DNA of 64,000 nucleotides from an uncultured cyanobacterium (GCA_963744145.1 CAVUSO010000001.1:4576001-4640000), one strand, 5' to 3'. Shown: positions 19,589 through 29,171, counted from the stretch's first letter. Numbers and translations are program-made. Notes: generated by a model from the letters alone, not told the origin.

Positions 19589-19740
19589 GACATCCCCTAT
19601 CTAATTACTAGAGTAAGGTCAGGTAAATATCTGATAATAGTTATAGCTAAATCCTGAAAATTAATCTATAATTTAGATATCAGAAAGAAAACTCACATTT
19701 CAAATAAAAATCAATAAAAAGGTAATTAAAGGGAATACTG

Positions 19741-20451
19741 ATGTCAAATAAAAAATATCCTGACCCTACTAATACTGAATCTGAGCGGAATGGCTATACA
19801 GATGGTCAAGTTACCGAAAACCGGTTGAAAAGAGAAAATCAAGCAATGCGGGACGATAATAATGGCTATACAGATGGTCAAGTTACCGAAAACCAGTTGA
19901 AAAGAGAAAATCAAGCAATGCGAGACAATAATAATGCCGCTGGTGGATTATTGTTAGTTATAGCTCTGATCTCTGTATTCACAGTAGGATTAGTTAGCAT
20001 CTATTTCCTGAATACAAGGAATACTCCTGTGATTGTTCCTGTTCCTGCACCTACACCCCCTGAGAGTCAAAGCCAATCCTCTCCTTCTAAAACCATAGAG
20101 AAAACTATTATTGAAAGAAATTTTGACCATACAACAGAAATTATTCCAGCACCTCAACCAAGCGCACCAGCACCGAAAGTTGATGTAAAAGTTACTAATC
20201 CGGTAGTCGTTCCGGCACCTCAACCAAGCGCACCAGCACCGAAAGTTGATGTAAAAGTTACTAATCCGGTAGTCGTTCCAGCACCTCAACCAAGCGCACC
20301 AGCACCGAAAGTTGATGTAAAAGTTACTAATCCGGTAGTCGTTCCGACACCTCAACCAAGCGCACCAGAAACAAAGGTTGATGTAAAAGTTACTCCCGTT
20401 CCTACAACTCAGGAGCAACCTACCACTAAAAGTCCTAATCCTTCCAATTAA
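19741..20451 (+). CDS. Single-pass membrane protein with Pro/Val-rich repeats
   Basis: One hydrophobic helix, a duplicated 24-aa N-terminal unit and 22-aa C-terminal repeats. Confidence 0.75.
   Translation: MSNKKYPDPTNTESERNGYTDGQVTENRLKRENQAMRDDNNGYTDGQVTENQLKRENQAMRDNNNAAGGLLLVIALISVFTVGLVSIYFLNTRNTPVIVPVPAPTPPESQSQSSPSKTIEKTIIERNFDHTTEIIPAPQPSAPAPKVDVKVTNPVVVPAPQPSAPAPKVDVKVTNPVVVPAPQPSAPAPKVDVKVTNPVVVPTPQPSAPETKVDVKVTPVPTTQEQPTTKSPNPSN
19789..19932 (+). repeat. Intragenic tandem repeat, 72 bp x2
   Basis: aatggctatacagatggtcaagttaccgaaaacc... at 19789 and 19861, near identical. Confidence 0.92.
20146..20395 (+). repeat. Intragenic tandem repeat, 66 bp x about 3.8
   Basis: Units start at 20146, 20212, 20278 and 20344; encodes PAPQPSAPAPKVDVKVTNPVVV. 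Confidence 0.95.
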
Positions 20452-20475
20452 GATATACTTTGATTGACTTAACTC

Positions 20476-20503
20476 CAATGGCACCATCTGTGTGGTGCCA
20501 TTG
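20476..20503 (+). terminator. Hairpin downstream of the repeat-protein gene
   Basis: CAATGGCACCA-N6-TGGTGCCATTG, an 11-bp stem; no clear U-tract. Confidence 0.55.
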
Positions 20504-20628
20504 TCCATCAAATTTTCCCAGAGCCAGAATTTTATTTGGGTTAGCGTAGTAATTCTGTTCTTGATCAAGATCAGCTTTAGCACAATATATAGTATTTTGG
20601 ATACATTATCAGATTAACCATAAATGCA

Positions 20629-21360
20629 ATGATCCAATTTATTACCCCAATCTTTAGCTGGAGAAAATACCTCCAGCGTTTCCTTGTAGCTATAGGAGTG
20701 ATATTTTTCGCTTGCGGGATCGTGACCACCCCTGCTTATGCTACTGGTGTTTATGACATCCCCAATTTGACAGTAAGCGATCGCACTTGGATTGTTGATC
20801 AAGCTGATGTGATTAGCTTGACTACGAAAAACCACATTAGTAAATCCCTGGAAAATCTAGCGAAAAAAACTGGTAATGAGGTAAGAATTGTTACTATCCG
20901 TCGTCTTGACTATGGGGAAACACCAGAAAGTTTTACCAAAGCTTTATTTGCTAAATGGTTTCCCACCCCAGCAGCACAAGCAAATCAAACAATTCTCTTT
21001 ATTGATACCCTCACTAATGGCACTGCTATTTATAGTGGTGAGCAAGTAAAATCACTGCTTTCTGATGAAATTGCTCAAAGCATTACTCAGGAGACAGTGA
21101 GATTTCCCCTGAGTGAAGATGACAAATATAATCAGGCTTTCTTAGATGCTAGCGATCGCTTAGTTGCGGTTTTATCTGGTCAACCTGATCCAGGTCCACC
21201 GAAAATAGTGGAAAATATCCAAGCAGAACGCACTTTTAAAACTGCGGAAGAAACTAATGAAGATAAAGGTAATGCTACCATTTGGGTGATTGGTCTATTA
21301 CTTGCTGCGACAATTATTCCGATGGTAACCTATTATTTTTATCAAGGTTTTTCTTCCTAG
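20629..21360 (+). CDS. psb32: Photosystem II repair protein Psb32 (TPM domain)
   Basis: ATGVYDIP, TGNEVR.VT.RRLDYGET, LSGQPDPGPP, C-terminal TM ATIIPM.TYY.Y. Confidence 0.88.
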   Translation: MIQFITPIFSWRKYLQRFLVAIGVIFFACGIVTTPAYATGVYDIPNLTVSDRTWIVDQADVISLTTKNHISKSLENLAKKTGNEVRIVTIRRLDYGETPESFTKALFAKWFPTPAAQANQTILFIDTLTNGTAIYSGEQVKSLLSDEIAQSITQETVRFPLSEDDKYNQAFLDASDRLVAVLSGQPDPGPPKIVENIQAERTFKTAEETNEDKGNATIWVIGLLLAATIIPMVTYYFYQGFSS

Positions 21361-21740
21361 TCTTGGATATACTCCTGCTCGTTAATTAAAGCGAATTCAG
21401 CCCGCATTAATTCCCGTCCCAAATAAGCTGCATGATTTAGCATGGTTACGGGTACGGGCTGAGTTTCTTCAAAGATTTTTACACAGACTTCTTTAGCGGT
21501 TCTCCCACTAAAAATTTTGGTATGAGTGCGTTCTATTTTACCACGGGCAGGAATTACTTTACCTGTTTCTGGATCAACAGCTAAACCTTTATCGTTAATT
21601 AAATTAGTAAAATGTTTAAGGCAAATTAGTCCTTTTTCTCGTTCTAAGTAAATCAGAAAATAGCCTTCTGGATCAAGTTCGATATGACGTTGCGAAAGTT
21701 GTTGATCAATGGCAGTAATTTGGTCAGAAAATTGGTTCAT
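21357..21740 (-). CDS. DUF4346 family protein
   Basis: LSQR.I.LDP.GYFLIY, GRTAKE, HAAYLGRE..RAE.AL...YIQD. Confidence 0.85.
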   Translation of the reverse strand: MNQFSDQITAIDQQLSQRHIELDPEGYFLIYLEREKGLICLKHFTNLINDKGLAVDPETGKVIPARGKIERTHTKIFSGRTAKEVCVKIFEETQPVPVTMLNHAAYLGRELMRAEFALINEQEYIQD

Positions 21741-21911
21741 TTTGAAAAAATTGAGTAATTAGTTATTGACATCAGAGTTAGGTTGGCAAAATTGAATATG
21801 GTGAGTTGAATCTAACCAAGAATCAATAATCAAATTATTCCTTAGTTAAACTCAGTTTCTAGTTAAATCTTACTCAGAAATATTCCCAATTATCCCCATG
21901 AGAATGAAAAT

Positions 21912-23717
21912 CTAAGCAGGAACTTGAATTTGTTGATTACCAGCAAGTTCAAAAGCAGCATGGATAACTTGTAAAGCACGAACTCCTTGATCGCGCTCCA
22001 CTACACAACTGACTTTAATTTCTGAAGTCGCGATCATCAGAATATTAATTTTTTCTTGGGCTAAAGCATTAAACATCCTGGCTGCGACACCGGGATGATG
22101 AACCATTCCAGCACCAACGATACTAACTTTAGCGATCGCTAGTTCAAGAGATATTTCAGCACATCCTAATTCTAAAGCAATATTTGCCAAAATTTGACGC
22201 GCTTCTTCTGCATCGGTTTGGGATACGGTAAAAGCAATATCTCGAGTAGGAATACCATTGACAATCCGACAGCGTTGTGATTGAATAATTGTGTCAACAC
22301 TAATATTATGTTTGGCTAAAGTTCCAAACAATAAAGCTGCCATACCTGGATGATCGGGAATTTGCTGAACTGCTAAACGTGCTTGGTTTAAGTCTAAAGC
22401 CACACCTCGGACGGGTGGATCTAGAAAAGTGGGATTAACATCAGCGTTCACTGAAGAATTTACCTGAAAAGCTTGACAAAGAACAGCGATCGCCCGATCG
22501 CATTCTTGAGCATCAATGACACAACTAACTTTTACCTCCGAGGTGGAAATCATTTGAATATTAATCTTAGCATCTGCTAAAGATTGAAACATTAATGCTG
22601 CAACTCCTGGATGTCCAATCATCCCAGCACCAGCAATACTGATTTTAGCAATTTGCTGATCAACAATTACTGCTGGTTCTCCTATTTTCGGATCAGCATT
22701 ACTTCCTAAAATCGGAATAATTGCCCAAGCTACAGCTTCAGCTTGAGGGAGAGAATGCTTAGTCACAGTAAAGGCAATATCATTAGTATTACCATCGTGA
22801 ATTGACTGGATAATTAAATCTACATCCAAATTTTGATTAGCAATTTCACCAAACAAACGAGCGGCTACACCCGGGCGATCGGGTACTCGCAACATGGCTA
22901 CTTTAGCTTGATTAGTGTCAAATTCTACCCCATCTACTGCTTTAGTAATCTCTAAACCTTCCAGAGGACGAGGAGGGAGAGGGGGAGGAACTACCTTAGT
23001 CCCAGGGTCATCAGTCCAACTGGACAGCACTACCAAAGGAACACCATAATTTCGGGCAATTTCGACAGCACGGGGATGGAGGACTTTTGCACCTAAACTA
23101 GCTAATTCCAGCATTTCCTCACAGGTAATTTCTGTCATTAACTGAGCATCAGGAACCAAACGGGGATCAGCAGTTAAAATCCCGGGAACATCAGTATAAA
23201 TCTCACAACGTTCTGCTCGTAAAGCTGCTGCTAGAGCGACTGCTGATGTATCTGATCCACCTCTTCCTAAAGTAGTGATTTCTAAATCTTTGACATCACT
23301 AATCCCTTGAAACCCTGCTACGACAACGACTTTACCAGCATCAAGGTGACGTTTAATCCGCTCAGTTTCAATCCGTAAAATCCGAGCGCGAGTATGTGCT
23401 GCTTCTGTGACAATTCCGACTTGTGCTCCAGTGAGAGAAATGGCTGATTGTCCTAATTCTTGCAAAGCTATACTTAATAAGGCAATAGAAATTTGCTCTC
23501 CGGTAGAAAGTAGCATATCCATTTCGCGTTTACTGGGATGAGCGGAGATTTCTCCTGCTAACTTCACCAGTCCATCTGTGGTTTTCCCCATTGCAGAAAC
23601 TACCACTACTAGCGAGTTTCCCATCTTAACTGTTTTTATCACCCGTTGTGCGACTGCTTGAATGCGTTCTGCTGAACCAACGGATGTCCCACCGTATTTT
23701 TGAACTATTAGTGCCAT
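21912..23717 (-). CDS. lysC: Aspartate kinase (cyanobacterial type, four ACT domains)
   Basis: IVQKYGGTSVG, TTLGRGGSDTSAVA, repeated ISTSE.KVSCV ACT motifs. Confidence 0.96.
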   Translation of the reverse strand: MALIVQKYGGTSVGSAERIQAVAQRVIKTVKMGNSLVVVVSAMGKTTDGLVKLAGEISAHPSKREMDMLLSTGEQISIALLSIALQELGQSAISLTGAQVGIVTEAAHTRARILRIETERIKRHLDAGKVVVVAGFQGISDVKDLEITTLGRGGSDTSAVALAAALRAERCEIYTDVPGILTADPRLVPDAQLMTEITCEEMLELASLGAKVLHPRAVEIARNYGVPLVVLSSWTDDPGTKVVPPPLPPRPLEGLEITKAVDGVEFDTNQAKVAMLRVPDRPGVAARLFGEIANQNLDVDLIIQSIHDGNTNDIAFTVTKHSLPQAEAVAWAIIPILGSNADPKIGEPAVIVDQQIAKISIAGAGMIGHPGVAALMFQSLADAKINIQMISTSEVKVSCVIDAQECDRAIAVLCQAFQVNSSVNADVNPTFLDPPVRGVALDLNQARLAVQQIPDHPGMAALLFGTLAKHNISVDTIIQSQRCRIVNGIPTRDIAFTVSQTDAEEARQILANIALELGCAEISLELAIAKVSIVGAGMVHHPGVAARMFNALAQEKINILMIATSEIKVSCVVERDQGVRALQVIHAAFELAGNQQIQVPA

Positions 23718-23820
23718 GCTCTTTAATTTACTCGATCGGGATGTTAGGCCAAATTAAACATCTAACTTAACTTACCAGATGAATCTCAAAAAAACCGTGA
23801 AATTTACATTAGACAAGAAA

Positions 23821-23900
23821 GCAAAAATAACTAGGACAGTCAAGATGACTGTCCCACAAGAGTCATTTTTTCTAGTGGGACAGTCATCTTATCTGTTCAA
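23821..23900. repeat. Dispersed double-hairpin REP/MITE-like element, copy 2 (inverted)
   Basis: First about 42 nt are the reverse complement of the right half of copy 1. Confidence 0.85.
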
Positions 23901-23937
23901 TCATAAGACTTTATTCTTTTTTAGAGCAGGGGAGGAT

Positions 23938-25685
23938 TGCGATCGCTAGTTCTCTTTAGATCGCATCTAGCATACTAAAAAACATAAAACCGCTAATTAT
24001 CCCATCCTATCACAGACTACCCAGACTACCCCTTTTTACTGGAGGCTTTTTCTTGGGACCCCCTGAAGATTTTTTAGCTTTAGATGTAGTAGCAATATCT
24101 AAAGCTCTCCTATCTGCCTCTTCTTTCAATGAAGCATCTTGCTTTACACTTATACCTGCTACCTTCTGACCGATCCACTCAATTGCCCAGTATTTGGTTA
24201 CAAATATGTCAGCCTCAATACTTTTCCATTGGGTATCATCTAAATCTTTAAATCCTTCTTGAGTTTCATATGTTTCCTTTATAAGATATAGACATGAATT
24301 TTCAGCCAATTTTATTTCCGCTTCGCGAGGGTCTACGCTTTTGCCGTCTTTGTCTTTCTTCCACGGTTTACTATTCGTCGCCTCTGAGACTCCAAATTTA
24401 CCAACTGCTCTAACTGTTTTTAAATTATGTAATTTAAATGCACATGACAAATCACTAACTGTTAACGCAGAGCCACTTGGGTGATTGTGGGTAAGTATTC
24501 CTTCTCCTCCATGATCTGAAATGTTTTTTTCTTCAGAAAGTACTGAAACACTCCTGCTTTCTCCTTTAAGCACTTTTTGCGCTTTTCCCTCTGCATCAGT
24601 TATTACTCCGACTTCAAAGTCTAAAGCATCGTCTTTTTTAGCCATTCCTCCAACCAACTTCGCTTCAATCTCTGTATAGGACATACCAATTAAGTCGTCT
24701 AAGTCTTTTTGTGTTGTATTGTTATCTATGTCTCTTTGAACTACATTTGCCCCTTTTTGCTGTACCACATGAGTTAACTCATGGGCAATCAATTTTTGTC
24801 CTCCTGGACTTTCCGGTGCATAAGCCCCCTGACGAAAGAACACATCTTGACCTGTAGTAAAAGCTTTTGCTTGAATAGATCGCGCTAGAACATCAGCTTG
24901 TAGCCCTGTATGGACTCGTACACCGCTAAAATCAGCTCCAAAAGCTGTTTCCATCGGTTCTCTTACAGTCTGCACTAAGGGCTGACCCCCTCCTCTAGCA
25001 CTCTGTAATTTTCCTGCCCACTGACGGTCAACTTCTCCACCATCTAAACTAGCCGAACTAGCAGCCTGTATGAGCGCCTTTCGTTGCACAGGTTGCCCAT
25101 GAATTTTACTCACAACTTTCTCTGCTACCCGATCTGCTTCCTGCTCGTATTTATCATTATGTGCCCCTATAGTCAATTTCCTCATTACGGTGGGCATAGA
25201 AGTTATTGGTAGGGGTTGTTGACGTAAAGTTAATGGTGATCGTCTTATTTGGCGTTCAGATAATGGTTGAGTTTGGAAAGTTTCACCGAGTTTATGTTTC
25301 AAATTTACTGCTGGTCTAGGAGTCATTGCAAAGTTAAAACTTCCTAAACTATCTGACTTGCGCTGGATTTTTTCTTGCTCAACAGTTTCTGATTGTGCTT
25401 GAATATTCGGCTGTTCAATTTTACTTTGAATAGAAAATGGACGTGAAGCAAACGTATTTGCTGGTTTTAAGGTTGTTGAAGTAAGTTGAGATTTTAACTT
25501 ATCAGATTTCATAAAATTATTGCTCTAGTTTTATCTATTTTGCAACAGTCAATTAGGAGCAACCCAAATTTTTAACAAAAATTTATATTTATTCTATAAT
25601 TAACCGTTTATTTTGCGAATTAATACTTATATAAAAATATAGTAATGAATGCGATCGCTAGTTCTCTGTGATCGCATCTAGCATA
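23938..25685. mobile_element. Putative inserted cassette bounded by 36-37 bp direct repeats
   Basis: tgcgatcgctagttctctTTAgatcgcatctagcata (23938-23974) versus tgcgatcgctagttctctGTgatcgcatctagcata (25650-25685, the helicase 3' end). Confidence 0.65.
24010..25512 (-). CDS. DUF4157 (eCIS-associated) protein with a C-terminal JAB/MPN-like putative effector domain
   Basis: D.YEQEADRVA, FGADFSGVRVHT, AKAFTTGQDVFF..G.Y, LIAHELTHVVQQ, VQR linker; then E...ILTHNHPSGSALTVSD. Confidence 0.85.
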   Translation of the reverse strand: MKSDKLKSQLTSTTLKPANTFASRPFSIQSKIEQPNIQAQSETVEQEKIQRKSDSLGSFNFAMTPRPAVNLKHKLGETFQTQPLSERQIRRSPLTLRQQPLPITSMPTVMRKLTIGAHNDKYEQEADRVAEKVVSKIHGQPVQRKALIQAASSASLDGGEVDRQWAGKLQSARGGGQPLVQTVREPMETAFGADFSGVRVHTGLQADVLARSIQAKAFTTGQDVFFRQGAYAPESPGGQKLIAHELTHVVQQKGANVVQRDIDNNTTQKDLDDLIGMSYTEIEAKLVGGMAKKDDALDFEVGVITDAEGKAQKVLKGESRSVSVLSEEKNISDHGGEGILTHNHPSGSALTVSDLSCAFKLHNLKTVRAVGKFGVSEATNSKPWKKDKDGKSVDPREAEIKLAENSCLYLIKETYETQEGFKDLDDTQWKSIEADIFVTKYWAIEWIGQKVAGISVKQDASLKEEADRRALDIATTSKAKKSSGGPKKKPPVKRGSLGSL

Positions 25686-28210
25686 AACAATCCTACTCCT
25701 TTATGTAATCCTTGATTTTGATGGGGACAACCAGGTTGAAATAAGCACCGAGGACATCCGATTTCACATTGACAATTTTCAGCTAGAGATTTAGCTTTTG
25801 CTGCCAATTTGCTAAACTGATTAAATACTGCTTCTGCTGCTCCATTTCCCCCATGACAATTATCAAAAAAATATCCCTCGACTGAGAAATTTTCTCCTTC
25901 AGCTTTGGAGAAAACTGCACCGCTTAAATCCTGACTTGAACTGAGTACCAATAAGGGTAACGCGAAGGTGATTTGATGTTCGATGCTGTGGAGAGCGATA
26001 AATTCAGCTGAACTTAACCATAAGGTTTCGAGTTCATAAGGAATATTATCTTTGTAGGTTTTTTGAATACTTTGTTTGAGCTGATTTACTTCTAGTTTGA
26101 GAGTTTTAGATATTTCTGGATTAATTTGAACTGAAACGATCGGTGCTTCGTAGGTAGTTTGGTAAGGATGCTCAAATGTAATGATATTTTTGAGTTTCTT
26201 GATATCAGCAATTCGGGTGAGACTATGACAGATCGGACAGGATTTAGCTTGGATGGATTGACGATACATCCGACAAGTAGAGTTAGTACAGGTTGGTTCA
26301 GATTTTTTCTGATAAAGTTTGTATCCTGTTACTAATGAGGTGATTTTTCCCCAAGCTAGGTTTAATGCGATCGCTCCCTTGTTGATGGTAGTGTTAATTA
26401 CTTGAGGTGCTGCTAATTTTTGTAATAAGGTGATATCTATATCTTCGATCGCTTCGGTAAATAATCCTGGATCTTGTTCATAACGAACTAAGTTAGCTTT
26501 TCCTTGTTCTAGTTCTAGAGTTTGGGAACGATATTTAACTATATTTCCTTGACTATCTTGAGCTGTATAAATTGCTCCAGGAAAGACTTCACGTACTGCG
26601 ATCGCTCGGGACATAACTTCAAATTCTTCTTTACTTTGCTGATCAATTAATTCGATGGAATCTTGTGATGTACCACGGAGATTAACTTCTTTATGGGGAT
26701 AACCATTACCCCACAAATATCCAGCATTATTTAAAAAGATTTTATTTTGATTAAGTAAGTCTTTTGCGATCGCTTCAGCTTTACTACCAAACCGCTGATT
26801 TATTTGCTTGATGGGGATTTTGCTCTCAAAACAACTACAATGCAAATGTTTACTTAAGATCAGGGGATAATCTGGATTAAAGAAAGCTGATTCTACTTCT
26901 CCATTTAACAATTGCTGGGGATAGTTACCAAAATAATAATCTAAGGGATTTTGAGCAACTGGTAAAAATATTGCGAGTCCTGGATTTTGTCTTCCAACTC
27001 GACCGACTCTTTGCCAAAATGACATAATACTTCCTGGATAACCACGAATCAGACAACAATCTAATTCTGGTAAATCAATTCCAGCTTCCAGTGCAGAAGT
27101 TGATAAAATAATTTTAATTTTGCCCCTAGATATTTGCTGAATAATATCTTGACGCTGCTCATTTTTTAGAGAACCATAAAACATCCTAATTTGACTAGCT
27201 AGATATCCTTCATTTTCTCGATAGAGGGTAGTTTGAATAACTCCTAATAAAGATTTTACCGCAGAGCGAGAATTACAAAATACAATTCCTGTGACATTAT
27301 TATGTAGCCAGGAAATAACTATTTTACTAGCATCAAAATTAGCAGCATTACTAGGTTGTAAACAAACTAGCGATCGCCCTTGGGAAATTCCACCTCCAGA
27401 AATTAAATGTAAGCGATTAGGTGTATTTTCTCTACCACTAAAACGGAGTGCAATCTGGTGAGGATTACCAATTGTAGCTGAAGCAAAGATAAACTGAATC
27501 AAATTTGAGTCACCACCAACCGTATCTACAGCTACTCGTACCCGTCGTAATAAATTGGCAATATGTGCTCCAAAAGCACCAAAATAAGTATGAGCTTCAT
27601 CCAGGACAATCCACTTTAAATTTCGTAAGAATTCTCGCCAATTTTCTCCTTCTTTTCCTTGTTGAATTTTATATAATTGATAGTGCAGTAAATCCGGACT
27701 AACTACTAAAATTTGCGGTGGATGGGGAATAAATAATTGTTTGCGATCGGCAAAAGAAATATCTCCTGTGATCATTCCGACTTTAATTCGTCTTGCTGAT
27801 GGTAATGCGTTAGTGATTGCTTGTAATTTACCTAATTGATCTAAAGCTAAAGCTTTGAGAGGAAAAATATAAAGAGCTGTTGCTTGGGGATGAGTAAGAG
27901 CATACTCGAAGATGCTAGGATTATAACAAAGGGTTTTTCCAGAAGCTGTCGGTGTCGCTAAACATAAATCCTTACCCGATCGCAAACATTCTAAAGCTTC
28001 AATTTGGTGATGATAGAAACTGGTAATACCTGTTTGTTGTAAAGCATCACGCAATTCCTGGGGAAGAGCTGCTGGGAGTGGATAGCGATCGCTATGATGG
28101 ATGGGAGTAGTTTCAATCGTGACGATCTGCTCACTCAGATCCTGTGCGATCGCGCGAAAATTAGCTTGAGGAATGGTTAGAATTTTTTCAGTGATCGTTT
28201 TTGGCACCAA
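25658..28210 (-). CDS. DEAH-box helicase with C-terminal DUF1998 (YprA/MrfA/Hrq1 family)
   Basis: TPTASGKTL, FPLKALA.DQ, DEAH.Y.G.FG, SATIGNP, QRVGRVGR, and terminal CQCEIGCPRC. Confidence 0.9.
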   Translation of the reverse strand: MVPKTITEKILTIPQANFRAIAQDLSEQIVTIETTPIHHSDRYPLPAALPQELRDALQQTGITSFYHHQIEALECLRSGKDLCLATPTASGKTLCYNPSIFEYALTHPQATALYIFPLKALALDQLGKLQAITNALPSARRIKVGMITGDISFADRKQLFIPHPPQILVVSPDLLHYQLYKIQQGKEGENWREFLRNLKWIVLDEAHTYFGAFGAHIANLLRRVRVAVDTVGGDSNLIQFIFASATIGNPHQIALRFSGRENTPNRLHLISGGGISQGRSLVCLQPSNAANFDASKIVISWLHNNVTGIVFCNSRSAVKSLLGVIQTTLYRENEGYLASQIRMFYGSLKNEQRQDIIQQISRGKIKIILSTSALEAGIDLPELDCCLIRGYPGSIMSFWQRVGRVGRQNPGLAIFLPVAQNPLDYYFGNYPQQLLNGEVESAFFNPDYPLILSKHLHCSCFESKIPIKQINQRFGSKAEAIAKDLLNQNKIFLNNAGYLWGNGYPHKEVNLRGTSQDSIELIDQQSKEEFEVMSRAIAVREVFPGAIYTAQDSQGNIVKYRSQTLELEQGKANLVRYEQDPGLFTEAIEDIDITLLQKLAAPQVINTTINKGAIALNLAWGKITSLVTGYKLYQKKSEPTCTNSTCRMYRQSIQAKSCPICHSLTRIADIKKLKNIITFEHPYQTTYEAPIVSVQINPEISKTLKLEVNQLKQSIQKTYKDNIPYELETLWLSSAEFIALHSIEHQITFALPLLVLSSSQDLSGAVFSKAEGENFSVEGYFFDNCHGGNGAAEAVFNQFSKLAAKAKSLAENCQCEIGCPRCLFQPGCPHQNQGLHKGVGLFMLDAITEN

Positions 28211-28289
28211 CTGCTATCCTTTTGATCTTGAGAATGGTTGATTTTTTATTATAATAGTATCTACTCACAAAAAAGAGTTAAATTTAATT

Positions 28290-28886
28290 ATGTTTTACAG
28301 TGAATTTAGCTTAGATAAAGCCGTCAAGACTTTTAACTTAACAACCTCAGAACGAATTAACCTCTTTGCTGAAATCCCTGAGATTGAGTGTAGTAGTTTT
28401 CTCACCCAAACTCTGCAATATAATGTGTTTTTAGCCTTAGCAATGAATACAGAAAAAGCCCGTTCCGAATTAATTATTGCTCCGATTTTACTAGAAGTTA
28501 GGAGGCAAATGCAAGACAAAATTAGTTTATTTTCAGGAACAGAGTTTAACATTGCCCCTGAATTAGGATTAAATGGAACTTGTGATTTTCTGATTAGCAA
28601 AGATCCTGAATTGCTCTTTATTCGATCGCCCGTTGTCACCCTAGTTGAAGCTAAGAAAGGGAATATTAATAGCGGTCTGGGGCAGTGTGTAGCCGAAATG
28701 GTAGCAGCCAAACTATTTAATGAACAAGAAGGTAATAAGATCCGCACTATCTATGGTGTTGTTACTTCCGGAAATATTTGGAAATTTCTTCAACTAGAAG
28801 AACAAATTATCAGTATTGATTTAGTCGAATATTATTTACAAAATCTTCCTAAAATCCTCGGTATTTTCATAAATTTTATCACCTAA
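28290..28886 (+). CDS. PD-(D/E)XK restriction-endonuclease-fold protein (common cyanobacterial family)
   Basis: NG.CDF.IS, LVEAKK, G.GQC.AEM.AA, IYG.VT.G..WKFL. Confidence 0.65.
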   Translation: MFYSEFSLDKAVKTFNLTTSERINLFAEIPEIECSSFLTQTLQYNVFLALAMNTEKARSELIIAPILLEVRRQMQDKISLFSGTEFNIAPELGLNGTCDFLISKDPELLFIRSPVVTLVEAKKGNINSGLGQCVAEMVAAKLFNEQEGNKIRTIYGVVTSGNIWKFLQLEEQIISIDLVEYYLQNLPKILGIFINFIT

Positions 28887-29043
28887 ATTTCAATCTTAAA
28901 CTTTCAACCTCTTTAGATATTTATGTCCTGATCCCAATAGGAGAAAGGATTGAGATGGGAATTACCAAGGAAATTAGATGACAATACTCCGGACACTTTG
29001 GTGAGAGAAAATTGGCCAATCGCCAAAAGACAGATTTGAGACC

Positions 29044-29171
29044 ATTAGACCTCTTGCAAAAGTCCTTATTCATCTATTTATTGACAGGCAAGATGCCTGT
29101 CCCACCAGAAAAAATCACTTTTGTGGGACAGGCATCTTGCCTGTCCTATTTATTTTTGCAAGAGGTCTAAT
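29044..29171. mobile_element. 128-bp MITE-like element with 18-bp terminal inverted repeats enclosing the double hairpin (copy 3)
   Basis: ATTAGACCTCTTGCAAAA ... TTTTGCAAGAGGTCTAAT; internal GACAGGCAAGATGCCTGTC and its inverse. Confidence 0.8.

Noticed and set aside
20146..20395. 66-bp periodicity as a possible CRISPR array
   Set aside because: Whole units repeat with no unique spacers, the array is in frame within a CDS, and there are no cas genes.
19990..20583. 197-aa Cys/Trp-rich repeat ORF on the minus strand that looks like a peptide precursor
   Set aside because: It is the antisense shadow of the 66-bp Pro-rich repeat gene. It has a TTG start and no modifying enzymes nearby.
28295..28747. 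150-aa minus-strand ORF, and the other short antisense or nested ORFs in the track (e.g. 383..628, 5922..6179, 40413..40835)
   Set aside because: They overlap well-supported genes and show no recognisable motifs.
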